From contig NC_081374.1 of assembly GCF_030684315.1 (NCBI RefSeq), positions 25,709,978 through 25,773,977 on the forward strand: a DNA stretch of 64,000 nucleotides, read 5' to 3'. Below, piece after piece: positions 50,026 to 62,134 of this stretch. Position 1 is the first letter of the stretch. Each line of letters begins with the position of its first letter. The DNA is from Stegostoma tigrinum. Lineage: Eukaryota. A program made the translations under genes and the position numbers. The notes beneath the pieces are model-generated. The model was not told where the DNA came from. It saw nothing but the letters and a program-made list of their open reading frames with translations, and searched no databases.

Positions 50026-50593
50026 GTTGCCACTATTTAAGTCAGATTTTAGTGGCAAGCAGTGTGAAATATGAGGAGGACAGAATAGACCTGGTAAAAG
50101 CAATTCTGAATTTTGTATATTTCTTCAGACAGCTAGGGTATGCTGTTGGAGAGTTATGCCTTTATGCATGAACCAGCATTGCACGTGCCCTTTGGATTTG
50201 TTTAAAATGTAAGAGTGAATATATGTAGAAAGTGGATAAACCCATTCAGTGTCAAGTCCATTGAGACTGACAGCAGGCAAGTCATGAGGACCAACTAGAT
50301 ATGCCAAAGAAAATTGCAAACAACATCTGTCAGAGGAACTGTCAAGCTGCTAGGACATTGAAAAATCCTGCCCTCCTTTGGAAAAGTGCAGTTTTAGCAA
50401 AATCATTGCTTGCTATTTCACTCAAACTCTTGTCGTAATCCTTAGGGTTCTCAGTACTTATTCAGTACTACATGACTAATTTCTGTCTCATCCATTTTCC
50501 TTGCAAGGTGTTTCCATTTCAGTTTGATTGCTTATTGCCTCCTTTAAAGTGGACCTGTGAATTCATTTGCTTGTATGCATAATACAGTGATAA

Positions 50594-51140
50594 GACCATA
50601 AGAAATAAAAACAGGAGTTGGCTGCTGAGCCCCTTGAGCCTGCTCTGCTATCCAGTCAGATTGTGGCTAATCCAGCACCAGATTCCCCTAATGATCTATC
50701 TCAACCTTAAACATACACAAGAACTCTGCCCTCAAAGCTTTCTGAGGCAATGTGTTCCAAAGACAGTCAACCTTCAGAGAATAACTTTCTCTTCATCTCA
50801 GTCTTACATTATTAGTCCTCTTTTTTAAAAATTCTGAATCCTCCGGTCCTAAAGTCCCATGAGGGGAAACATCCTCTCAGCATTTAAAAACTGAAAGAAC
50901 TGCAGATGGTGTGAATCAGAAACAAAAACAAAAGCTCAGTAGGTCTGGCAACATCTCTGAAGGTAAAAACAGTCAACGTTTTAGGTGCAGTGACCCTCAG
51001 ATCCTCTCAGTATTACGCTGTCATGCCCTTCTAAAATCCAATCTGATTTCAAGAGATCATATCTCATTCATTCCAATGAATGGAGACCCAACCCACTTCA
51101 CCTTTGATCAAAAGACAATCCCTCTGTACAAGGAATCATT
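50594..51140 (-). mobile_element. Old CR1 3' fragment hosting a PLE-tail insertion
   Basis: aagaccataagaaataaaaacaggagttggc..gccccttgagcctgctc...gaggggaaacatcctctcagcat. Confidence 0.65.
50885..51000 (-). mobile_element. Single PLE-tail insertion ending at the hammerhead helix II
   Basis: aaaactgaaagaactgcagatg...caacgttttaggtgcagtgaccctcag; TSD ATCCTCTCAG(C/T)ATT at 50871-50884 and 51001-51014. Confidence 0.8.
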
Positions 51141-51358
51141 GTTATTTTTCAGTCGCTCATAACTAGAATGTAATATACCTTTTATGAGACACATTGATAT
51201 TCGCTAATGTTTCATAGCACGTGACCTGAGGGTATAGATGCCTTAGCCTCCATCTTAACTCGGGCCATCATTAGTATGGCAGGCTGATGGATATGTGGTA
51301 CACGTGAGAGCAGCCCTATAGGCTGGTAACACTAAGGCAAAGTTACCTTTGGTATATC

Positions 51359-51429
51359 GTTTGTGTGGTGTAATGGTTATCACATTCACTTTGTGTGAAA
51401 GGGCCCTTGTTCCTAAACTAGGTAGAAAC
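51359..51429 (+). pseudogene. Degenerate tRNA-Val-derived sequence
   Basis: GTTTGTGTGGTGTAATGGTTATCACATTCACTTTGTGTGAAAGGGCCCTTGTTCCTAAACTAGGTAGAAAC resembles vertebrate tRNA-Val (GTTTCCGTAGTGTAGTGGTTATCACGTTCGCC...GAAAGGTCCCCGGTTCGAAACCGGGCGGAAAC); anticodon arm damaged. Confidence 0.7.
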
Positions 51430-53204
51430 TTCTGTTTAAGCCGCTGGTTTCACAATAAAGAACTGTTCCTTCTTTTCCTCTCCATTCAATAAAACTGGCC
51501 TAGAGGACTCTTGTGGCACAGCAGTAGCATCCCTACCCTTAAAGTTGGGAGGCCTGGGTTCAAATCCCATCTGCTCCAGAGATATATGGTAACATGTCAA
51601 ACTATAAAGCTGACCCAGATTGCCTATAAATGGGCTTTGCTTGTAAATATTTAATTAGCAACATAGGTCATTACTGACTGCGGTTAAAAGCAAAAAAGGA
51701 AAGGTCACAGTGATTTTGATATGGAAAAATCCCACAACTGAGTGGCTATACACTTCTGGGCATAAAAAGAAAGATAAAAACCAAAAAAGAGAGATGGGGG
51801 GGGAGGGGAAGAGTTGACCCAGGAAAGGCCCTTAGAACAGTCTGTCCTGGTTGGGGCTAGCCTATGTACGCCACTAGTAGTGGCTCTATTTTGGTGTTCA
51901 ACAATAAATAATGTGTCTTTCCAGTTGGGTTTCCTGAGATATTACATGCAGTTATTGCTTTTGGTTCATTGTCTAATATTAACAGCATTCAAATCAATCT
52001 TTTTCAAAAATCATTGACCTGCTTCTGGTACTGCTCCCCTGCCTCGTGTTATTGGGTATGTATGGCTGAGTGTGGGTGAGTGAGTGTGAGTGGTTTAATG
52101 ACTAACTGTGAGGTTAAGCCATGTAGCCAGTCAGTCTACAGTTAACAGGTTACTTGTTGTTGGTCAATTACAACTGGTCATATTCAAAGATTGCTGATAT
52201 ATTCAGGTGCTGATATATTACTGGTTAGATTTACTGGCACTTCTGGTTGGTCTTAGCACAAACTAGTAACTCTGGCTAGAGACGGTTCGTAGACACTGTT
52301 TTGTTTGTTTTCTATGATTGTTTTCCTTCTGGGGAACAATGAGTAATAATTCAAAGGATTTATTTCCCTGGATATGGAAAGAGAAAGAAAAGAAGTAGAA
52401 TGTCAATAATTCCTACTAGATAATAGAGCAACCTAAATAAAATCTGAAACAGATTAGACAACACGTCATATTTAAAAGAAAAATCAAATCTGTTTTGTGT
52501 CTGAAAAGGCCTTATGAAACATTATTTGCTAAGCATCTCTTATGTATCAACGTTTGTAAGACAGTGGAAAAGAATGCATTTCTGTTAACTATTACACATC
52601 ATTCAAATATATGGACATTTAGCTTCAAATATTCGTATAAATTCGTGAGCATTTTTCTACCTCTAATCCTTTCCTAATATTTTTGTATCCATTTTTCTTT
52701 AAGCTATTGCTATTCAATTCTTTTTTCAGTTTCTTTGCTGTATCATTTAATATGCAGTGACTTGGTATAAACATAGATTTGCATAGACTAATTAACTGAT
52801 TACAGCTGCCTGAGTGAGGTTGCAAGGAATTGATTACTATTGCTACCCTTGAAAAATATGTTTTATCAATAAGTTGGATACTGCCAATTTCTGTGCATTT
52901 GCTGTTGCAGTGTGTTTAATAAAATGGGAGAGTCACCATTGTTCTGATCTCTCATTAAAGAGCAACAGCTGGCAGGGAGTTTAATCTGAAGGGCACGATG
53001 CTTCAGGCAAGCTGAGAGGTTAAAGAAAGGAAATGTTTCAGTCAATATGGGATTTGGAAAAAAAGAAGTAAAGTATTATTTAATTGGAGAAAAACTGCAG
53101 AAACTTGATTACTTGTGAATGAAACACAAAGTTAGCACGCGGGTGCAGCAAATAATCAGGAGGGCTAATGGAATGTTGGCGCTTATTTCATGGGAGTTGG
53201 AGAG

Positions 53205-53488
53205 TGTTCCTGCTTGGCATTCACACATTAAGCAAATGTGATAACCGTTACACTATACGTAGAGAATGAAACTTTGTGATAGTCTTACCAGCTGAGAGGG
53301 CTGCTCTGTCTAGTAGAATCGGACAATTGGTTGTGGTTTAATCTGAGGTTTACCATGCCTCAGTTAAGAGGACAGGTTGTGAAGGAAAATCCTTGATAGT
53401 AACCTCAGCTGGTACAGGAATCGAACCCACATTGTAGGCATTAGTCCTGTATTATAAACTGCCTTGCCACATAAACTAAACAACCCCA
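53205..53488 (-). mobile_element. tRNA-derived SINE followed by a tRNA-Val-like segment
   Basis: Minus strand: B box GGGTTCGATTCC, body ctgaggcatggtaaacctcagattaaacc..gagcagccct..ctggtaagactat, then gtatagtgtaacggttatcacatttgc. Confidence 0.65.
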
Positions 53489-53489
53489 A

Positions 53490-56400
53490 ATGCCTGGGTC
53501 TGCTTTACCTTTTTATGTGTGTCTTTGTTTTTTTTTCTGTGTATTATCTCTCAAAACTGAGTGACCTCCCCACAATCCTGGGTCTGCTTTATAAAGGACT
53601 CAGGTGATGAATTCGAATTGGGCAACAATTCTATGTTAAGAAGGGAACTATTACTTGATGAACTCCATGGGGAGATTAATTATTGATTTTACCCCTGGGC
53701 CTATACAGGTACTCACATTCTTCACTCCTATTATGATGGGGCTGAATGAGTCGCTTTGCCAATCTTGGTGCTTTTTGGATCTGGTCGGGAGGTTGTGTGA
53801 GGGGTGGCCGGGTTTGGGGAGTGGGGGCAGAAGTGTATAACAAGTAGGCTGACTTCTCTTCTGTGAAGACAGGCACTGAACCACTACAGAGGACTTGACC
53901 TCAGTGACAACGTCTGACTGAGCCTTCACTACCTCCGTCTTCATCCTTTACAGTCAGAATTCTCAGGGCTGACTGCAGATGGAAAACTGGAAGCTTTCAG
54001 TGAGTGGTGTTTCCCATCTGCAGGATGCCGATGGTGATGTTTCTGTTGAAACAATCACTTCTGTGAAGAGTTCCTGCTGACAGAAATTGTCAATGTGCAG
54101 TTTTCTCTGGTCTTCTTCCTGGTTTTAACCATGTATGATACCAGTCGGTATTTTTAATGGTAACTGCCAGAATCCCTGGAGAACCATCTCTAAAGCTCCT
54201 TATGTGGACCATACCTCCTTTTTATTGAAGACCCTGTCTGGCCTATGCCCACTGTGGAACTTTCTCATGCTTCTCATTTTAATTCAACCTTGCTGGCCAA
54301 CTTTTGGAAAGTCAGGCTCAGTGCAGTATGAAAGCATCAGCACATCAATAATTCCACACGGGGCTAACACCATTGTCATATGTGGTGTTGTCCCATATTT
54401 GAAGAGAAAATGTGCAAGTTTCATTTTCAAAGACTCCATCATTTGCTTTTTTGTGCTATTTTTGAACACTTAGACTGCCTCCTCAGCTAGAATGTTTAAG
54501 ATGTGTGGTAGAGCATCATGCAGACGTGCCTTACCTCGTTTGCCTTCATAATGGTCTGAAATATTTCACTGTTAAATGAGGTCCAGTTCTGTTTCAGGGA
54601 CCTCAGGTATAACGTATGCTGAAGGATTGGCAGAGGTTGTGTGTCTGTCTATCTGTCTGTCTGTGGTGTTGTAAGAGATCGTAGCAGACATTCAGTACAT
54701 ACTGATCCATTTTGAATAGGTGTTGATAAGAATTAAGAATGTAGAACACATAAATGGCCCTGCAACAAATGCAAAGTGTATGGCTGTATAACGAGACTGC
54801 TGGTAGGGCCTTCTGTTTTTTCTGACGGGTTTTCAAAATCTATGTCACTGCTAGGCCACCAAGCATAGCTCTATGCTAACATTTTCATTTTAGAAATTCC
54901 CAGGTGGCCATTGTGTAATTCTCAGAGTATTAGTTACTTGCCTGGATGTAAGACAACCACTTGGGGCCCCCACAAGATAATGCCATCTTCTATGTGCAAC
55001 ACCTGATACTTTGGGGATATGGAATTTGAACTCTTCCACCGGACATCCTGGTGATCCATTATTTAGGTTGACATTTCATAGCTACACCACCGTACATTCC
55101 TCTTGGATCCAAGCCTGAATTTACTTGGCAGACACATCCATGGTAGTGCATCCATGACATTCAATTTTTGATGACTTTATCCATCTTCAGAGGTGAAGGT
55201 AGTCAGGCAGCTTCGGGCATTGACATTGGCTGGATGTCTTCCTAGATGGTGTTCCAAGGTATGCTCATAGGCACATAATAGCAATGCCTCATGATGGATC
55301 TGAGCTGACATGATGAGAGGAATTGGTTTGTCTTCCATTAAGAGATCAAGCATAGGTTTGTGATCAGTGAATGTGGTGAAATGCTGTGAAACTTCCTCAC
55401 CATGAATACCTTGGCCAACCATTCCTTCTTGATCAGGGCATACTTCCTTTCTGCCTGTGCCCGGGTTTGTATTGTGTATAATACCAGCTCTATCCCATAA
55501 GGGGAGGCATCGCAGGTTGCAATGAGGAGTCTCAGGGAGTCATGATGGGCTAATATATTTATCCAAAATAGTTATTGTTTTGATGTTGCGAAGCCTTTCT
55601 CTTGTGGTGTTTGTCATGACTGCTTCTGATTTTTATTAGTAGGATAACAGTGCCAGAAGAGCCAAGAAGTTGTATGTGAATATCCCGTAGTAACTTGAGA
55701 CCTAGAAAAGGCTTCAATTCAGTTGCATTCCTGAGGGTCATAACCATTTTACTTATGATCTTCACCTTCTCTTCAACAACTGTGCATCTAAGGTACATTT
55801 CCTCACCTACCTGGAACACACATTATTCCCTTTAAAGCCAGACACCAGTCACCAAGAAATGCCACAAAACCTTCTCTAAACTCTCCATATGTTCCTTTGC
55901 AGTAGCTTTTGGGATTAGAACGTTATCCAGAATGCCATTCTGGGCAGCCCTAGGAGAATGCTCTCCATCACCCTTTGAAAGATGGCACAAGCCAAACATG
56001 CCCCAAAAGGCAAGTGAGTGTACTCATACAGTCCGTTTGAATATTTTAGTGATATCCTTCCTGGATAATATCTCAAGTTCCAATTGGATGTATGCATGGC
56101 TAATATCCAATAGGGAAAATGTGAGCCCCAGCCAGCTTTTCATATGTTATAACATGAGTAGAAGATGTGTATCAGTAATAAGTGGGAAACTTTGACAGTC
56201 AAATGATCTGAGAGAGAGACTGCTTTGTCAGGTTTCCAAAATGGGCTACTGGTATAGCCCATTCAGTAAACTTCTCTGGGCTTATGATACCATGTTCCTC
56301 TAGACAGTCCAATTTGGCTTCTACTGAGACACACAGGGCGTAGAGTCCTGACTGTACCGTGAGTATTTAGGTCACGCCTCTGGGTCTACATAAACCTCGG

Positions 56401-57752
56401 CCCTGGTGCCTTTTATTCTCCTGAGGCCCTCTTGGAACACTTCAGGATACTTCCCAATGACTTCATACATATCTCTGGTATCCATTTAAAAGATCTGTTG
56501 CCAGTCCAGGCGAAGTTTCTGTAACCAATCCCTTCCCAAATGGTTGGGGCCTGGGCCATGTGCCACCAATCAGGGATGTTGGACTTGTCATTTGCCCCTT
56601 GGTAATTCATGGTACAGTGGCCTCAATAATACATGAGGGCTCCTTGTGGTACATGGCTAATCTAGCCTTTGTGTGTTTCAGGCTAATACACAAGGTGCCC
56701 CATCTGAGTTTACTAAAGGTTTTCTCCCCAGCAGCAATACTTGAGTCTTCTTCCATGTCTGGGCTTGGCCATTTACCCAAAGTTTTATCTTAATGTGGTC
56801 ACTTTGGGAGCAGTGATGCAATTTAGCAGTATCATTCCCTCCTCCTCAGACTGATGCATCTTTTATTTGCAAATCGCTGTCTTGGGGTGGCTTTGCCCTT
56901 CTGTCTGGGTGGTATGCATTTTGCATGTTTCGGTAGCCTTGTCTGGGGTGAAGTTTGTTACCACGTGTGGCATGGATGTCCTTGCTCCTCACTATTGTGG
57001 ACAAATCTCCCATCTGGAACCTTACAGCCTCCAACTCCAATCACCCTTCCTTGGCAACCAGTCGGAACCACAGGTTTTATCCGCTGCGGACTTTGTTGCC
57101 GTGTTATGGGGAGGCTCAGCTGAGGTTGCAGAAAAGGGCCAGTTTTTTGGCTTTTTGATGCCCAGATTTGATTCAGTAGTTTCCTTTGGGATGCAACATT
57201 ATTAATTCCACAAACTAGGCAATTGCTTAATATTTTCTAAAGTACTGACCTATACAGTATTCCACCAAATTTCACAGACTCTTAAGAATTCAGTAACTGG
57301 CTCCCCAGAAGGTCTATTTCTAGTGTTAAACCTGTCACACTGCAATATAACAGATGGTTTGGGGTCGTAGTGGTCCTTTTACTGTATGTATCAATTCATC
57401 AAAGGATTTTGTCTCCGGGCTGTGGAGGGAACAGGGAATAGGGAAAGCACGAAGGGGACTAAATCAAAATGGAGATGGAGGTGGGAAATAAAACAGTCTA
57501 TCCCCTGCAGTGCCCAACTCTCTCTAAATGCATCTAGGATATTGATGCTCCGTCTCCAACAACACCTGGGCACAATAAACCATACGTTTATTGTCTTTTT
57601 GTACACGAACAACCACAAATACCCTAGGTCTGCTTTATAAAGAGCTTAGGTGATGAGTTCTAGCTGGGTAGACCATTGCCTGTTATGAAGGGAACTCATA
57701 TTCAATGAGGTCAACAAGTGATTATTAATTATTTCCCATGCATCCTTACAAC
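53490..57752 (-). mobile_element. Old degenerate Gypsy/Ty3 LTR retrotransposon
   Basis: RT YEYTHLPFGA...AIFQRVMESILLGLP; RNase H FTTFTDHKPML...LCAYEHTLEHHLG...NVNA; integrase KLAHFLFKYGTTPH; diverged direct repeats at ~53570-53690 and ~57610-57735; minus-strand TGTAA(A)GGATG starts at ~53952 and ~57750. Confidence 0.85.
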
Positions 57753-57809
57753 AGTTATCACACGGCACCTACTTGCAACTTCAATATTTGAACCTGATTG
57801 ATACAGGCA

Positions 57810-58580
57810 TTTTTGTTTTCACTCTTGAGATGTGGGTCTCACTGCCTGGCCAGAACTTATTGCCTGTCCCTTCTTGCCCTTGAAGGCGGTGGAGAGCTGT
57901 CTCTTCAACTGCTGCATTTCATCTGCTGCAGCTTGATCCACAATGCCATTAGGGAGAGACTTCAAAGAATTTGACTCAGCAATAGTAAAAAATTAGTGAT
58001 ATATTTCCTACACAGCGTGGTGAATGGTTTGGAGGTGAATTTTAAGGTGGTGGTCTCCTGTATGTGCTGCCCTTATCCTTCTTGATATAAGTGGTTGTAG
58101 GTCTGGAAGGTGTTTTTGAAGGATCTTTGGTGAATTTCTGCAGTGTATTGCGTAGGTAGCATCAGTATGTACTACTGAATGTCAGTGGTAGAGCAGACAC
58201 TTGTGGATATGGTGCCAATCAAGCAGACTGCTTTGTATTGGATGGTATAGAGTGACTTGTGTTGTCGGATCTGCACTCATTCAGGCAAGTGGGCAGTATT
58301 CCATCACACACTTTTGTTTTGTAGATCATGGACAGGCTTTGGAGAGAGAGGAGGTGAGTTACTCACCACACTATTCCTAGCTCTTGACCAGCTGTTGTAG
58401 CCATTGTTTGTGGTGAGTGAGGTTGAGTCCTTGGTCGTGGTGATCCCCAGGGTGATTATAGTAAGGCATTCAGTGAGGGAAACACTATTGAATGTCAAGA
58501 AGTGGTGGTTAGATCATCTCCAATAAGAGACAGTCATGGCCCAGCATTTATGATGGGAATGTTACTTGTAACCCCAAGCC
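57810..58580 (-). mobile_element. Old L2/CR1-clade LINE 3' portion
   Basis: Reverse-complement similarity to 42850-43790 (cactcattcaggcaagtgggcagtattccatcacac; gcctggccagaacttattgcctgtccct). Confidence 0.7.
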
Positions 58581-58641
58581 TCTTGAAAGCTTGTTTTTAG
58601 CTGGAACTCTGAACAACTAAAGGCTTCTTTAAAAAATATGG

Positions 58642-58865
58642 GATAATAAAATGTGAGGCTGGATGAACACAGCAGGCCCAGCAGCATCTCAGGAGCACAA
58701 AAGCTGGCATTTCGGGCCTAGACCCTTCACCAGAGCCCTCTGATGAAGGGTTTAGGCCCGAAACGTCAGCTTTTGTCCACCTGAGATGCTGCTGGGCCTG
58801 CTGTGTTCATCCAGCCTCACATTTTATTATCTTGGATTCTCCAGCATCTGCAGTTCCCATTATCA
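58642..58865. mobile_element. Young palindromic PLE-tail mini-insertion with two hammerhead-like cores back to back
   Basis: Arms of about 94 bp meet at ~58735; core CTGATGA..GAAACGTC at 58740-58767; exact TSD CTTTAAAAAATATGG at 58627-58641 and 58866-58880. Confidence 0.95.
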
Positions 58866-59539
58866 CTTTAAAAAATATGGCATGTGATGTCTATCTGACA
58901 GGATAGGCATGCTCAAATGTTATGACACTTAGTACTCTGGAGCGCCCAGTTTTTGTCTGCAACACAGGTATTAGGTAATTTAATTCTGAGGCATACGGTT
59001 TCTTGATACAATAATGAAAATAAAAATACTTTTGAAGATTGCATTTATTTTGAATGAATTTCAGCAATGAAGTTGTGTGAAGTTTCAGAATTGACAATAA
59101 TTAACAAATTCACTTTGCATTTTCCTGGCATATGTAAAGTATACTTAATCATAAAACATTGTGTATTTTGGCCATTCTTCGCAATTTTAAAAGTACAGTT
59201 AATTTAATGGGGTGTAACCTTTTGATAGAATTTGATTTCTGTTAATAAATGGCTGATGTTTTTGAGAATGACTGACAGTAAAAATGCTGCCACTGGAACC
59301 AGTTTTGTTTCTTTTGATGCAAATGGATATGAAACAATTTGCTCTGCAGCGATGTTTTCCCATCAGAGAATGCTTTCCATTTAATATCTAATACAATAAA
59401 AAAAGTCTAGTGTTTTATAATCACTTCAAAATCTTAGCTTTGTAAGTGGCATTCAATTCAGAATTGTCACTACATCTTACATAGTCAACAAACTATATCT
59501 GCAGACTAACATTTCCATGTTGTACCTTCCTTTCACTCC

Positions 59540-59790
59540 TGAACCTGAGCATGTCGCTTTAATATATTACTTGTGAATGCTGCATTGTTAGAGGTGACAG
59601 CTTTCAGACGACATGCTTAAAGCAAAGCTCCATCTCTCTGTCGCACATATTGCTATCACACTATATTGGCCTATGTAAGTTGAGCAAGCCAGTCTCCTGG
59701 TCTCTTGATGAACACTGCTACCCTAAAAATAAATTCAATGTTTTTTCATCTCAGGTGTTCTGGGATTTCGCTGTACACGGAATGGTGCAT
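59540..59790 (+). mobile_element. Deu-domain SINE remnant
   Basis: gctgcattgttagaggtgacagctttcagacga...tctcctggtctc...tgggatttcgctgtacac. Confidence 0.5.
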
Positions 59791-60404
59791 TGGTCCACTC
59801 AAGTGGATCAAAATTCAACTTGGGCTGTAGCTCAAAATGACTCCAATATCTTTTGCATAATAATTCCAGTCCAGTATTCAGTGCCAATGATTTTGTGGGA
59901 GCTACAATTTTTTGGCTGGATTCTTCAATCCGAAAATCAAACGTAAACTGATAAACTCTGATATGGACACATTGCTATCTTGGTGGAAGATAGTTAGGGT
60001 GTTGTGAGGTAAATGTGGAAGAAGCTTGCTTTATTTCAGAGTGAGAAATCTGTTACTCTGTGTGCCAGCATCACCATGTTGTTAACTATGATCTAAGCTT
60101 TCTGAATATGGAATACAGTTTCTACACTCAGTATTATATTTTCAATATAATGCAAAATTAAACGGATATAACTAGCTGAGCCAAGCAATATTTAAACTCA
60201 AATTTGTTAGATTGTTAGACTCTCAATGTAAGAGCTCTCCTATAACAATCCCTGAAAATATGACTTTCTGCCCAAAATCCTCGATCCTAGCCTTTAAAAA
60301 AAACACTTACTCCCATCCTTTTGCACATTACTGAACTGATTTGAGGGACAAAAGACATAAGAAACATACAAATGTGAAATATCAAGCAAGTGCATTTAGC
60401 CCTG

Positions 60405-60585
60405 ATGGCTGGATGACTTTTTTTTGTGAAATCTTTTCAGTGTGAGTTGAATGACTGAGGGTCGCCTTTGAAACTTCTGCCCTTTTCAGCCTAGCCTGAG
60501 ATGTGGTGGTCCTCAGGTTAAACTGACCACCAGCTCTCCCTAATCATGGATTAGTCTATGGTCCTCATGGACTACAGTGACTTGC
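60405..60585 (+). mobile_element. Old tRNA-derived SINE (same family as 53280-53488, without the tRNA-Val segment)
   Basis: gcctgagatgtggtggtcctcaggttaaactgaccaccagc...ctatggtcc...ggactacagtgactt. Confidence 0.55.
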
Positions 60586-61524
60586 ATTGTCACAAGTGAA
60601 AATATCTGGGAAAGGTCAATGGAATGAGAAACAGGTGTGAGAGCATAAGATAAGCACACTGAAAAGGACGGGTCAAAGGGAAGGTAAGAGTAACAAAAAT
60701 GTCAAAGCATCTCAAGGAAGAGTGTCAAATTAGGAAAGATACAGTGATGTTGAAAACATATGATCCATAGAGACAGAGAATAGCTGGCAGAGAGAAAAAG
60801 AAAACTAAAAGCAAAAACTGGGGACAAGCACAGATATAATGACTGTGTAGGAGAAAAAGATATTTTTTTCTTTGCCAAGAAAGATTAAAGAACACTGCAA
60901 CATGTGTTGGAGTTATTACAAAAATTCCCAAACTTTATTTCCAAATTATAATATGTTGAGTATTTGCCAACAGCAACAGTGCTGTGTTAATAATTTGATG
61001 CATACATATTTGTTAGCATTGCTTCAGGAAATTTTTTTTTTCCTTTAAAACTTAATGCAGTAATGGCTGTTAAGTTATTAACTTTGTTTATGTGCATTAG
61101 GAAATAGATTTAGAGGTTATACATTTTTCTTAAAATATATATTCTGTGAAGTCTTCACTAACTGTACCCACTGTCACAAAACATCCAGCTTCAGCAACAA
61201 ATCATTTCAGATTCTTCATGGCATTCATTTGATTTTTTTGTAATGTTTTCAATTTTCTTACATGAAGATAAGACAGTCGTTTATTTATTTTGTCTGTCTC
61301 TCTATGTGCCTGAGGACAATGTGAACGTATCTGGCAATGAAGAAAGTTTGTTTTTTCTAACATTTTGTAAGCAGAAAAACAATATCATATAACATATCTG
61401 AATTCAGCCATCACATTTTGTGAGTGATTGTTATATGTTAACACTAGCACATAATTCTAAGGAGTAACGTTTACTGAATTAAGTAATTTGAAGCATTTAC
61501 ATTTAAATATGTGAGCTTACCATT

Positions 61525-62102
61525 TAGGAGCAGGAGGAGGCCACTCTGATTATTGAACCTGCTCTTCCTTTCTGTGAGATCATATATCTTACCTCCACAT
61601 TCCTGCCTATTGCCAATAGCTTTTCACCCCTTGTTTATCTATCTGACTTTGCCTTAAGAAGAGCCATAGACTATGCTACCATTTCCTTTATAAGGCAGAA
61701 ACTTCCAAAGATTCCCGATCCTCTGAATAAAGAATTCTCCTGATCTCTCTCTTAAATGGACTTTTGCTTATTTTTAAACTGTAATCCCTAGCTCTAGAAA
61801 CCCTCTCAAAAGGAAACCACATTTCCACAAGCACTCTGTCAAGATCCCTCAAAATCTTCTTTGATCCTCACCTCTTACACTTCAAAATTCCAACATAAAC
61901 AAACCTAGTCTTTCCAAGCTCTCCTCATATGACAACCTGCCCATTCCAGCCATTTTAGTCTAGAAAAAATCTTATCTGAGCTGCTTCCAAGTTATTTACA
62001 TGCTTCCTTAAAGAAAGAGAGCAATAACATATACTGCACCAATGCCTCACATAGCTGAACCATAACCATCTTGCATCTGCATGCAATCCCCTTTGCAATA
62101 AA
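61525..62102 (-). mobile_element. Old CR1 3' fragment
   Basis: taggagcaggaggaggccact...ctctcctcatatgacaacctgcccattccag...cccctttgcaataaa. Confidence 0.7.
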
Positions 62103-62134
62103 CATTGAGTCTGTGTTATTCATTTTCACAACTT

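Noticed and set aside
51359-51429. Functional tRNA-Val gene
   Set aside because: Anticodon arm is deleted or mutated, the T-loop/B box is disrupted and stems are mismatched
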